A stretch of DNA of 32,000 nucleotides from Candidatus Jettenia sp. (GCA_021650895.1 CP091278.1:431659-463658), one strand, 5' to 3'. Counted from the first letter of the stretch, positions 16,748 to 24,488 are shown. The notes: generated by a model from the letters alone, not told the origin. Numbers and translations: made by a program.

Positions 16748-17419
16748 ATGAAAGATTTAGCAATTGTGCTCGTCAGCGGAGGTATGGACAGCTGCGTAAC
16801 ATCAGCTATTGCAAATACGCAGTACGAGCTTGCATTCTTACACGTTAATTATGGTCAGCGCACCGAAACAAGAGAGTTGAAGGCATTTCGCGAAATTGCG
16901 TTATACTATCGTATACCTGACGAGAGAATCCTCATCTCAGATGTTGATTATCTCAGGAAGATTGGAGGTTCAAGTTTAACCGACCCTCGCATGAACATTC
17001 AGGAGGTACAGTTACATAATAAAGAAATCCCGACTTCTTATGTTCCTTTTAGAAATACTATTTTTTTAACGATTGCTGTTTCCTGGGGGGAAATAATTGG
17101 GGCACGAAAGATATTTATTGGTGCTGTAGAGCAAGATAGCCCCGGTTATCCTGACTGTAAGCCGGTATATTATGAGATATTTAATAAGCTGATTAAGGCA
17201 GGAACAAAGCCAACAACGTTTCTTGAGGTAGAAACACCACTCATAGGGAAGAGTAAATCTGAAATTGTTACCATGGGTCTTTCTTTGATGGCGCCTCTTC
17301 ATCTCAGTTGGTCTTGTTACAAGAATACCGATAAAGCATGTGGGTTATGCCATAGTTGTTTCCTGCGCCTAAAAGCCTTTAAAGAAGCACATGCGGTAGA
17401 TCAAATTCCCTATGTTTGA
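16748..17419 (+). CDS. queC: 7-cyano-7-deazaguanine (preQ0) synthase
   Basis: True start is MKDLAIVLVSGGMDSCV (SGGxDS PP-loop) at 16748, 5 nt after the queE stop. C-terminal zinc cysteines CYKNTDKACGLCHSC. The track ORF start at 16658 is an upstream over-extension inside queE. Confidence 0.9.
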   Translation: MKDLAIVLVSGGMDSCVTSAIANTQYELAFLHVNYGQRTETRELKAFREIALYYRIPDERILISDVDYLRKIGGSSLTDPRMNIQEVQLHNKEIPTSYVPFRNTIFLTIAVSWGEIIGARKIFIGAVEQDSPGYPDCKPVYYEIFNKLIKAGTKPTTFLEVETPLIGKSKSEIVTMGLSLMAPLHLSWSCYKNTDKACGLCHSCFLRLKAFKEAHAVDQIPYV

Positions 17420-17495
17420 TGTAACACACAATGCCATAGATTGCCACTATTTTAGATGAACAACAGGCAGAGAGTTCCCTTTCATAATCATATTA

Positions 17496-18140
17496 TTATT
17501 TTTTACTTCCAAAAATATAATCTGCATCTTTTGGTGTGAGTCCCCGATATAAATCGCGAACAAACTCCTGTGCCAAAGTGAGCGCATCCTCCAGAGTATC
17601 TTCCGTGCTGGGAATAGCAAGCCGTATCATGAAGCCCACCCTGTTTTTATTAAATAATGAAAAATATAACTCTTTTATTTTCTGTTTAGTCCAATCTACA
17701 ATGCCTTTATCAATACAAATCCAATAGATTAACAAAAAGCCTTCGGTATTTTTTTGAGCATAGAGGGCATGGGTTTTTAATGTACGACCTGCCAGATGAA
17801 ATTCCTGATCATAGAGCTCTCTTACTTTAAAGCCAGCTCCATGAGAGCAGATCTTTGGGTTATGAAAATTACCTGCATTCAGGATAGAGAAAAACAAATT
17901 TTTATCATGTGCATTTACATACCTGCGTTCGAGAATCTGACTGATAAAATTATATTTTTTATCTTCTAAATTCCATTCATCTCTTATATCAATACCTTGC
18001 CAACTATTCATGGTATAGGGGATTTCCAGGCGAGAAAAAACCTCCGAACTTGTATACTTAGTCCTGGGAAATAAAAAACAATAAACGAGAGCAAATGAAA
18101 TCCATGCCAAAGCTATGTAGGGCTTAAGATGTTCATGCAT
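17496..18140 (-). CDS. epsI: EpsI-family exosortase-associated protein, 214 aa
   Basis: N-terminal TM helix, then W-G, RRY, HNPKICSHGAGF, LIYWICI and GFMIRLAIPS blocks in the order typical of EpsI (DUF3485) proteins. Sits in an exosortase gene neighbourhood. The start overlaps the upstream gene by 28 nt. Confidence 0.7.
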   Translation of the reverse strand: MHEHLKPYIALAWISFALVYCFLFPRTKYTSSEVFSRLEIPYTMNSWQGIDIRDEWNLEDKKYNFISQILERRYVNAHDKNLFFSILNAGNFHNPKICSHGAGFKVRELYDQEFHLAGRTLKTHALYAQKNTEGFLLIYWICIDKGIVDWTKQKIKELYFSLFNKNRVGFMIRLAIPSTEDTLEDALTLAQEFVRDLYRGLTPKDADYIFGSKK

Positions 18141-19636
18141 TTTTGTCTATCGATTCGTGATTGTTCTTTAAGGTTCAGAAGTCCGTCAAACTGAAACCGT
18201 GTATCTATTTTGCTTCGTAATTCCTCTTCATCCAGTGCAAAATGAGGACTAATCTCTATAAGACCAATAACATTGCCCTGAGGATCCATGGGAATAGATA
18301 TACCGGCATTACGTAACCATCTCCCGAATAAATTAACTATATCCCGTTTTGCTGTAGCTGGCGAATCATCGCCTTCTGAATTTTTTACCGGTGAGAATTC
18401 TTCTTCCCGAAGAACCTCCATAACTACCCCCTGCTTTACATATCTGAGTATATCAAAGATAAAGCTCTCAAATTTAACAGCATTATTCTTATCAGGATTT
18501 ACCATATCTCCTTTCTCATTCAGACAGGACACTTTTTTGAAGGCTACATGGTACGGAAGAGAATTTTCCATTCGGTATACTTTTTCGAGAAAGTCAATAT
18601 GGATCATATGCACCCCAATACTTCCTGCATTATATTTCAGCATACCATTCCCATTTCTAGCATGCATATCCTCCTGGCTGAGTTCACTATATTCAGCAAT
18701 ATGGAGATGCCCGTCGATATATCCTACAATGCCTACCTTTTCTTCCGCATGGCGTTTTTTAACAACCTTTAACGATATCTCTGCTTTACTTCCTGTATGG
18801 TAACCAAGAAAAACCGGATCGGCCATCTTTATGAGCACGTTATCAATCTGATGATAAAAGATCTGTCTGACACCACGCCTCCTCATATCGGCAAGAATAC
18901 CCTTCTCCCTCAAAGCAATAATAACTCCTCCATGACCATTGGGACTCATAACAATATTTGACTTTGAATTCATCAACACCTTCCCTTGCAGGTCTACTAC
19001 AGGAAGCATACCTTGGGTAAAAAAGCATACCTGTCTGGCATCTAATCCAAAGAAGTGGTGTGATTGAAAAAAATCCTGCGTTGCCTGATTATTGGTCTCG
19101 CTGGTCATGATATACCAGGGAACTGGTATACCATATCGCTGCTGAAGGGCATGGATCTTTTCTGCATGAAGCTGAAAGATGCTTTTCCCACTGATCGGTG
19201 CAATGTGAATCATCCCTTTTGGTCCATTGCCTCCCAGTCTGGATCCATCTCCACCTGCGACGGTAAGGATGGCAGTCTCTCCTTTCCGGAGAGATGACTC
19301 CCCTAGCTGTTTTGCCGCCTCTGCAAGCTCCCTTTCAAGGGTATTCGATGGGACAGAGATAACGTGAGGAGGGAGTAAACTACCCTGAATGGCGGATGCT
19401 GTTTTCTGGAGATTCTGATGAAAGAGTTTCTCGATGAGCTGAAAATCTATTGAGGCGATCTGTGCCAGGAGAAGTTCTTTTTCCCCGGGCGATATTTCAT
19501 CCCACCATTTGAAGACGTGCTGCTGCTTTGCCTCAAAGGTGTTTTTGATGTGCTTCTTATAGTTTGGATACTCTTTTTCTAGTATTTTTCTATTCAATCT
19601 TAGTTTGTAAGGTGTAAGTTTTTTCTGAAAAGACAT
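18113..19636 (-). CDS. UDPGP type 1 family UDP-sugar (UDP-GlcNAc/UDP-hexose) pyrophosphorylase, eukaryote-like UAP/USP type, 507 aa
   Basis: Nucleotide-binding loop LTVAGGDGSRLGGNGPKGM, size and downstream blocks (YIMTS, PNGHGG) resemble UAP1/UDPGP enzymes. The ATG at 19636 overlaps the exosortase 3' end by 37 nt; an in-frame TTG at 19597 (2 nt after that stop) is an alternative start. Confidence 0.7.
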   Translation of the reverse strand: MSFQKKLTPYKLRLNRKILEKEYPNYKKHIKNTFEAKQQHVFKWWDEISPGEKELLLAQIASIDFQLIEKLFHQNLQKTASAIQGSLLPPHVISVPSNTLERELAEAAKQLGESSLRKGETAILTVAGGDGSRLGGNGPKGMIHIAPISGKSIFQLHAEKIHALQQRYGIPVPWYIMTSETNNQATQDFFQSHHFFGLDARQVCFFTQGMLPVVDLQGKVLMNSKSNIVMSPNGHGGVIIALREKGILADMRRRGVRQIFYHQIDNVLIKMADPVFLGYHTGSKAEISLKVVKKRHAEEKVGIVGYIDGHLHIAEYSELSQEDMHARNGNGMLKYNAGSIGVHMIHIDFLEKVYRMENSLPYHVAFKKVSCLNEKGDMVNPDKNNAVKFESFIFDILRYVKQGVVMEVLREEEFSPVKNSEGDDSPATAKRDIVNLFGRWLRNAGISIPMDPQGNVIGLIEISPHFALDEEELRSKIDTRFQFDGLLNLKEQSRIDRQKCMNILSPT

Positions 19637-20424
19637 TCTAGGCCAATTAATCCTGATAGAATAATCATAAAGATAACAATTCCACTAAAATTATGAAAAA
19701 ATCCTTGTCCTGCCGCTTCACCAAAATAATAGGTTATGATACATAATGTTATTACGCGGATAAGATTCCCAAATAATGAAAGAGGAATAATAAAAGAGAC
19801 TAGCAAAGTTTTTTTGGGTAAACTTGCTTTGCTGAGATATACATAAACCAAAGCCAATGAGAACATAGTAATAAGGGAACGAAAACCACTGCAAGGCTGA
19901 CCCATAAACAGCTCATTACTGCCAATGGATAATAAAAGCCCTTCTCTGGTAATGGGGTAATCAAAAAGTCTTAAGATTACCTCGGTAGCAATAGTAATTC
20001 CGTAACGCATAGGTAAGGTAATGCTATCCACAATGCCGAGAGGAAGAGGAACAATAAGGATAAGATAGAAAATGGGAAAAGATAATATTCTTGTTATGCT
20101 CAATCCGTAAAGATAGCGGATTAACCCGTATAATACAGGAAGTAGTGAAAGTGTTGTAATGAATATATAATTTTGGTGCTTCCCAAAAATAAACATGAGG
20201 ATACCCATTAAAAAAATGAAAAGACCAAAAAAATTATTATCAGGTTTAATCTTTTTAAGATGTTCCCTCAGGCTTGTATGTTTACGCCACACAAGCCAAA
20301 AGAATATTGGCAGAATAAAGTAAGCATGGGTATAATCGGAAGCCATCCACTTTGATCGGTACAGTACATAGATAACGGTGGCATACAGAGATGCTGTTAG
20401 TATCCAAACAAGATAATGAACCAT
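19600..20424 (-). CDS. Exosortase (polytopic membrane transpeptidase of the PEP-CTERM system), 274 aa
   Basis: Multi-pass membrane protein with the three hallmark blocks: QPCSGFRSL (Cys), FGNLIRVITL (Arg), FFHNFSG (His). Subfamily not assignable by eye. Confidence 0.85.
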   Translation of the reverse strand: MVHYLVWILTASLYATVIYVLYRSKWMASDYTHAYFILPIFFWLVWRKHTSLREHLKKIKPDNNFFGLFIFLMGILMFIFGKHQNYIFITTLSLLPVLYGLIRYLYGLSITRILSFPIFYLILIVPLPLGIVDSITLPMRYGITIATEVILRLFDYPITREGLLLSIGSNELFMGQPCSGFRSLITMFSLALVYVYLSKASLPKKTLLVSFIIPLSLFGNLIRVITLCIITYYFGEAAGQGFFHNFSGIVIFMIILSGLIGLECLFRKNLHLTN

Positions 20425-20495
20425 AGGAAACGTATATCCGAATCAGGGTATTTAGAGGATTATATAAGCATAAGATTTTGGGTTTTTATTGTTTT

Positions 20496-20551
20496 GTTTG
20501 TAGTGGCAATTTCCATATCGGAGAAGGCAATATAAAATTACCACTACAAAC
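20496..20551 (-). other. Intercistronic stem-loop between the PEP-CTERM mini-gene and the exosortase gene
   Basis: GTTTGTAGTGG (20496..20506) pairs perfectly with CCACTACAAAC (20541..20551). After a 1x1 mismatch, 5 more A-T pairs follow (20508..20512 with 20535..20539), leaving a 22-nt loop. No U-tract follows on the minus strand. Confidence 0.55.
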
Positions 20552-20564
20552 TAGGAGCGGTTTG

Positions 20565-20783
20565 TTAAGATTGCTTATCTAAATTCTTTGAACCTTTCTT
20601 AGCCCTCCATCGGCGAAAAACTGCCAGAGTAGCTCCCCCTGCCAAAAGGAGTAAATAACTCAATGGTTCCGGAGCATTCGGAGGCACTCCATCGGTAGCA
20701 CCATGACCTGCAAAAATATTACTACTCAATAGTACACCATGTAATAAAAGTATTGAAAACCATACCATTACATTTTTTTTCAT
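20565..20783 (-). CDS. Minimal PEP-CTERM protein, 72 aa (signal peptide + ~12-residue linker + PEP-CTERM sorting signal)
   Basis: MKKNVMVWFSILLLHGVLLSSNIFA|GHGATDGVPPNA|PEPLSYLLLLAGGATLAVFRRWRAKK GSKNLDKQS. PEP is encoded at 20672..20664, followed by a TM helix and an Arg-rich cluster. GGAGG lies 8 nt upstream of the ATG. Confidence 0.8.
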   Translation of the reverse strand: MKKNVMVWFSILLLHGVLLSSNIFAGHGATDGVPPNAPEPLSYLLLLAGGATLAVFRRWRAKKGSKNLDKQS

Positions 20784-21201
20784 ATTTTATTCCTCCAAAA
20801 TCTTAAATCTGTAAGAGTCTTTCCTGCAAAATCTTTAGCGCTCATGCTTATTGTCCGCTACACCTGGAGAAACTGTGTACTCACAATATGAATAATCAAC
20901 TTTACCTAAGTACGATGTTGTCTATTTGTGTCCTGTGTTTCATCGAAAAACCAAACAACTTCTCACTTCCGCTCCTTTCTGAATTAATACGGAAAGCACG
21001 TTATAGAACATTTCTGGAGACAGACTTAAAAATATTTTTCATATCATTGTTTGTCTGCAAAAAATTGACACATATCCAACCTTCAACTATCAAAAAATAT
21101 ACCATAGATAAAAAAATAGTTTTATTGTATTTCTGACTATGAAAATAGAGGTTTTCCGGGAAGAAAAGTGATAAAAAATCATAAAACTAAGGCCCATAAC
21201 G

Positions 21202-21249
21202 CTGTAACTGTCACAATAGTGTGTTGTCACACTATTGTGACAGTTACAG
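21202..21249. repeat. Perfect 22-bp-arm palindrome with 4-nt centre (CTGTAACTGTCACAATAGTGTG-ttgt-CACACTATTGTGACAGTTACAG)
   Basis: All 22 pairs checked base by base (c21202-g21249 through g21223-c21228). It sits in a ~1-kb AT-rich stretch with no convincing genes. Confidence 0.9.
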
Positions 21250-21484
21250 TATGTGATATCAGAGAAAACATAACACGGAAAGGCTCATTGTACGAAAGTT
21301 TATGTATTTATCATAAAGCAAGCAGTTATTCGCATACCGTCAGTATTCTGAAGAGGGAAGTCAAAAAATTATTGAATATTTATTGGAATATTGACAGGTA
21401 AAGGCATGGCTTGTGCGCAATATCGGGGGTAGAAACAAATATGATCAGAAATCTTACAGAAATAACGAAAGGCAGATATATAAT

Positions 21485-21676
21485 ATGGAGAATAAAAAAG
21501 AAAAAATATCCTTATTTAATGAATTTTCAAACCTTGAAGAGGCTGAAAATAAGATAAATAAATGGATTGAAGAAGATTACAATCAACAGGGTATCTACCC
21601 TGCTTTTCAATATAAGGATTATGAAAATAAGGATTACGAGAAGTTTGAAAAAGCCAATTATAAAAGCTTAATTTGA
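21485..21676 (+). CDS. Possible 63-aa acidic small protein (MENKKEKISLFNEFSNLEEAENKINKWIEEDYNQQGIYPAFQYKDYENKDYEKFEKANYKSLI)
   Basis: Internal ATG of the 87-aa track ORF with only a weak GAAAGG upstream. It is the only plus-strand ORF here without repeat-derived sequence. Low-complexity composition; may be spurious. Confidence 0.2.
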   Translation: MENKKEKISLFNEFSNLEEAENKINKWIEEDYNQQGIYPAFQYKDYENKDYEKFEKANYKSLI

Positions 21677-21718
21677 TGCATAGGAATTCAACGTTGAGCT
21701 TTTGTATCGTTTCGTGTA

Positions 21719-21771
21719 TGTAGGGCAAACCTTCAGGTTTGCGCCTTTGCAAGGCTAAAGCCTTGTCCTAC
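21719..21771 (+). repeat. REP-like structured repeat, copy C (compact two-hairpin form)
   Basis: TGTAGGGCAAACCttcaGGTTTGCgcctttGCAAGGCTAAAGCCTTGtCCTAC, about 50 nt downstream of the stop of the methyltransferase gene at 21823. Confidence 0.75.
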
Positions 21772-21822
21772 TTGGAATCATATGCCTCATACCCGCATAA
21801 GTTATGTTGAAAAGCTATGGTA

Positions 21823-23022
21823 TTAAATAGCAAATAACAGTTTAGGATTTAAACCTAATGAATTTAGCTGTTGTTGGATTTCCTGCTTATAGAGAGGATT
21901 CATAATAATGACATTATCAGGTATATGATTTTTTAATTCTTCTGGTAAGATTATTTTTTGACCGGTTCCTGGCATATAGCATCCTTTCTTCCGAGGATTA
22001 ATATCAACAACATAGGTAATTTGATCCTTAATATTTAGTATATTTAAAAAGCTCACACTTTTGCTTCCTGCGCCCCATATAACCGTACTTTCATTATTTT
22101 GCTCAATGTGCTGCAGGGTGTTTTCCCACTCTTCTAATTTTATCCTGCATTTATAAGAAAAATCGCGGACGAGGGTTAGCAATTCTTTTATCTTATTCGA
22201 ATTCCTTGCTAATGATTTTCCAACATCTCTTGCAGGAGTTGCTTCAATACCTATAAATTGATTCCCAAAACTCTCAAATAGCTTAACCGTATCAAATTTT
22301 GAGAGATTAAATACCCTCTCAAGCGAAGTCGCTCCAAAGTAGGAACAGTGCTCATAAATTATATCCCATACTGAAAGCTCTTTGAGAATGAGTAATATGT
22401 TGGGGACTTCAAAATATAAAATGGGATTGTCTTGTCCATCGATAGTTGAACGTAGTGCGGTCAGAAATTCAAAAGGATTTGGAATATGCTCAAATACATG
22501 GCGACTACATATTAAATCTCCCTGATAATGAGAATAGTTCGCTGAATAATAATCTCTGATAAACGTTATTCGATCTGATGATTGTACAGGAGAAAGATTT
22601 CCCCGGTAGCTTGGGTCAAAACCCGTTCCGTAATTTTTTCCTATTTTACAGATTAAAGATAAAAAGTCACCTTTACCCGAACCGATTTCAATTATTTTTT
22701 TGTCATATAATTGGTAATCTTCTACAAGCCTTTTGGCGACTGATTCAGCATAATTTTGATAATATTTTGAGAAATGGAGAGAGTTATCATACTCTTCAGT
22801 ATATTCCATCAATGAAGAATCAAAGGCAATGTTGGAAATAAATCCACAATCGCTGCAACATGCCAGTTCTATATCTCCCCTGAGACAATTAAGAGCTTCT
22901 TCTTTACTTCTCCATAAAATACCAACATGAGCCGGAGCATAAGGTATTGTATAAAAAGTTGAAAATTGCGATGATAAACAAACAGGACATTTAGTTACCC
23001 TTTGTTCAGACTGTAGTGACAT
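21823..23022 (-). CDS. Zinc-ribbon + class I SAM-dependent methyltransferase with C-terminal Methyltransf_14-like domain (NDP-sugar C-methyltransferase family), paralog 1, ~399 aa
   Basis: CPVC...CSDCGF zinc ribbon, SAM motif IIEIGSGKGDFL, WDIIYEHCSYF block, C-terminal VIWGAGSKS...VVDINPRKKGCYMPGTGQKI. Start moved to the ATG at 23022 (MSLQSEQ) because the 29 upstream codons of the track ORF are translated repeat copy D. Confidence 0.75.
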   Translation of the reverse strand: MSLQSEQRVTKCPVCLSSQFSTFYTIPYAPAHVGILWRSKEEALNCLRGDIELACCSDCGFISNIAFDSSLMEYTEEYDNSLHFSKYYQNYAESVAKRLVEDYQLYDKKIIEIGSGKGDFLSLICKIGKNYGTGFDPSYRGNLSPVQSSDRITFIRDYYSANYSHYQGDLICSRHVFEHIPNPFEFLTALRSTIDGQDNPILYFEVPNILLILKELSVWDIIYEHCSYFGATSLERVFNLSKFDTVKLFESFGNQFIGIEATPARDVGKSLARNSNKIKELLTLVRDFSYKCRIKLEEWENTLQHIEQNNESTVIWGAGSKSVSFLNILNIKDQITYVVDINPRKKGCYMPGTGQKIILPEELKNHIPDNVIIMNPLYKQEIQQQLNSLGLNPKLLFAI

Positions 23023-23076
23023 TGAGAAGCAATTCCTTTCGTATGATAGATATAAATTGTATAGGAATTTCAATTC

Positions 23077-23128
23077 TGTAGGGCAAACCTTTAGGTTTGC
23101 GGAATACAAGGCTAAAGGTTTGCCCTAC
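23077..23128 (+). repeat. REP-like structured repeat, copy D
   Basis: TGTAGGGCAAACCtttaGGTTTGCggaatacaaggctaaaGGTTTGCCCTAC. The left arm (23078..23089) can pair with either the proximal GGTTTGC (23094..23100) or the distal GGTTTGCCCTAC (23117..23128). Confidence 0.75.
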
Positions 23129-23183
23129 TTCGGACACCGTTTTTTTATGAGGGAAGACAGAGACCGTAAGATTTTACATCTCT

Positions 23184-23244
23184 TTGGGTTGCTATCCTGG
23201 CGCATGTATTCTGGTGGGTCGGCAAGGCTAAAGCCTTGCCCTAC
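23184..23244 (+). repeat. REP-like structured repeat, copy E (5'-truncated, perfect module 2)
   Basis: ttGGGTTGCTATCCtggcgcatgtattctggtgggtcGGCAAGGCTAAAGCCTTGCCCTAC. Like copy D it is followed by a CACCGTTTTTT tail, so D and E form a tandem pair. Confidence 0.75.
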
Positions 23245-23287
23245 TTTCAGCACCGTTTTTTCTGATTTGAAGGTTATATACATGTCA

Positions 23288-24058
23288 TTAGCTCCAAATC
23301 TTCCATGGGGCGTTACCATTTTGCCAAAGATCTTCTAATAATCGCTTATCGCGTAACGTATCCATACATTGCCAAAAGGATACATGGCGGTATGCCGCCA
23401 GTTGTCCATCTCTCTCCAATGATTCCATAGGTTTTCTCTCCCATTGCGTAGTATCGCCATCGATGTAGTTAAGTACTTCAGGTTCCAGAACAAAGAAGCC
23501 GCCGTTTATCCATACCTCATTCTTCTCGGGTTTTTCAGAAAATTTTTTCACATAATCTCCTTCTAAATCAAGATAGCCAAAGCGTGCATTTGGCCGGACA
23601 GCAGTTAATGTGGCATACCTCTGATGAGTGTTATGAAACAGTAACAATTTACGCAAATCTACATTAGATACCCCATCTCCATAGGTTAGCATAAACGTTT
23701 CATTTCCTATATAAGGGGCAAGTCGCTTGATACGACCGCCTGTAAGTGTTGAAATTCCCGTATCAACCAAATCAATTACCCAATCAGGTTTGCCAGTGCC
23801 ATGAGCTTTTACATCTCCATTTTTTAAATTTACAGTTAAATTACTGTTCAGCGAACAATAATCCACGATGTACTTTTTAATTACCTCGCCTTTATAACCA
23901 AGGGCAATGATAAAATGATTAAAACCATAATAAGAGTAATGCATCATAATATGCCAGAGGATTGGTTGACCTCCAATCTCTACCATCGGTTTTGGTTTTA
24001 TCTCTGTCTCTTCTGCGAGTCGGGTACCTAAACCTCCGGCAAGAATGACTACCTTCAT
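23288..24058 (-). CDS. rfbF: Glucose-1-phosphate cytidylyltransferase (CDP-glucose pyrophosphorylase), 256 aa
   Basis: MKVVILAGGLGTRLAEETEIKPKPMVEIGGQPILWHIM...INGGFFVLEP...FWQCMDTLRDK...APWKIW is the canonical RfbF signature from end to end. AAGGAA upstream of the ATG. Confidence 0.88.
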   Translation of the reverse strand: MKVVILAGGLGTRLAEETEIKPKPMVEIGGQPILWHIMMHYSYYGFNHFIIALGYKGEVIKKYIVDYCSLNSNLTVNLKNGDVKAHGTGKPDWVIDLVDTGISTLTGGRIKRLAPYIGNETFMLTYGDGVSNVDLRKLLLFHNTHQRYATLTAVRPNARFGYLDLEGDYVKKFSEKPEKNEVWINGGFFVLEPEVLNYIDGDTTQWERKPMESLERDGQLAAYRHVSFWQCMDTLRDKRLLEDLWQNGNAPWKIWS

Positions 24059-24167
24059 GTTTTTATTTCCTTAAAAATACAGATACCTAATAAGACTGAG
24101 ATCGAATGCTCAGTACATTCTGTTATATCTTTTATAGAAAGAGCAGAGATTCTCTATAATTTCCTTA

Positions 24168-24196
24168 TGTAGGGCGAGGCTTTAGCCTTGCCCTGC
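24168..24196. repeat. REP-like repeat, copy F (module 2 only)
   Basis: TGTAGGGCGAGGCTTTAGCCTTGCCCTGC, a near-perfect palindrome. Confidence 0.7.
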
Positions 24197-24267
24197 GTAG
24201 TTGAAATTTCTCAACGTTTAATTAGGTTGGGTCGTAAAAGGCAAAACCCAGTGACTGTTCTTTTTAT

Positions 24268-24413
24268 CCACCCCTTTTACCCACACCTCAATCCCCTCCC
24301 GAGAGGGGGACTTTTTTATTCCCCTCCTGGGAGGGGTTAGGGGTGGGTTCATTCCCCTGTAGAGACGCAAAATCTTGCGTTTCTACTTCTTTCGTAAAAT
24401 CTTGCATCTCTAC
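24268..24413. repeat. Cluster of other short palindromic repeat classes (C/G-tract hairpins and GTAGAGACGCAA hairpin)
   Basis: CCCCTC-ccga-GAGGGG (24293..24308). CCCCTCC-tg-GGAGGGG followed by TTAGGGGTGGGT (24321..24347). GTAGAGACGCAAaatcTTGCGTtTCTAC (24359..24386) plus a half copy at 24393..24413. Confidence 0.65.
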
Positions 24414-24488
24414 AATGGAGATCAAAGATTGAATTTCCCTAACATCAAGGTAACATAGCTTTTGATAATTTTGATACTGGATCGCCGA

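Noticed and set aside
21202-21249. Reading the 48-nt perfect palindrome as an intrinsic terminator
   Set aside because: There is no U-tract on either strand. It also lies about 570 nt beyond the nearest upstream stop (21823), where repeat copy C is much better placed to act as a terminator or stabiliser.
21168-21401. 77-aa plus-strand ORF containing NAVTVTIVCCHTIVTVTV
   Set aside because: The mirrored peptide is simply the translated 22-bp-arm palindrome. There is no RBS and the composition is low complexity, so I treat it as non-coding.
23023-23338. Track ORFs 23057..23338 (+), 23125..23319 (-), and the first 29 codons of the 428-aa methyltransferase ORF
   Set aside because: All are read-through of REP-like repeat copies D and E (CRAKALALPY-type translated repeat). 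The methyltransferase paralog at 24489 starts at the equivalent of the internal ATG at 23022.
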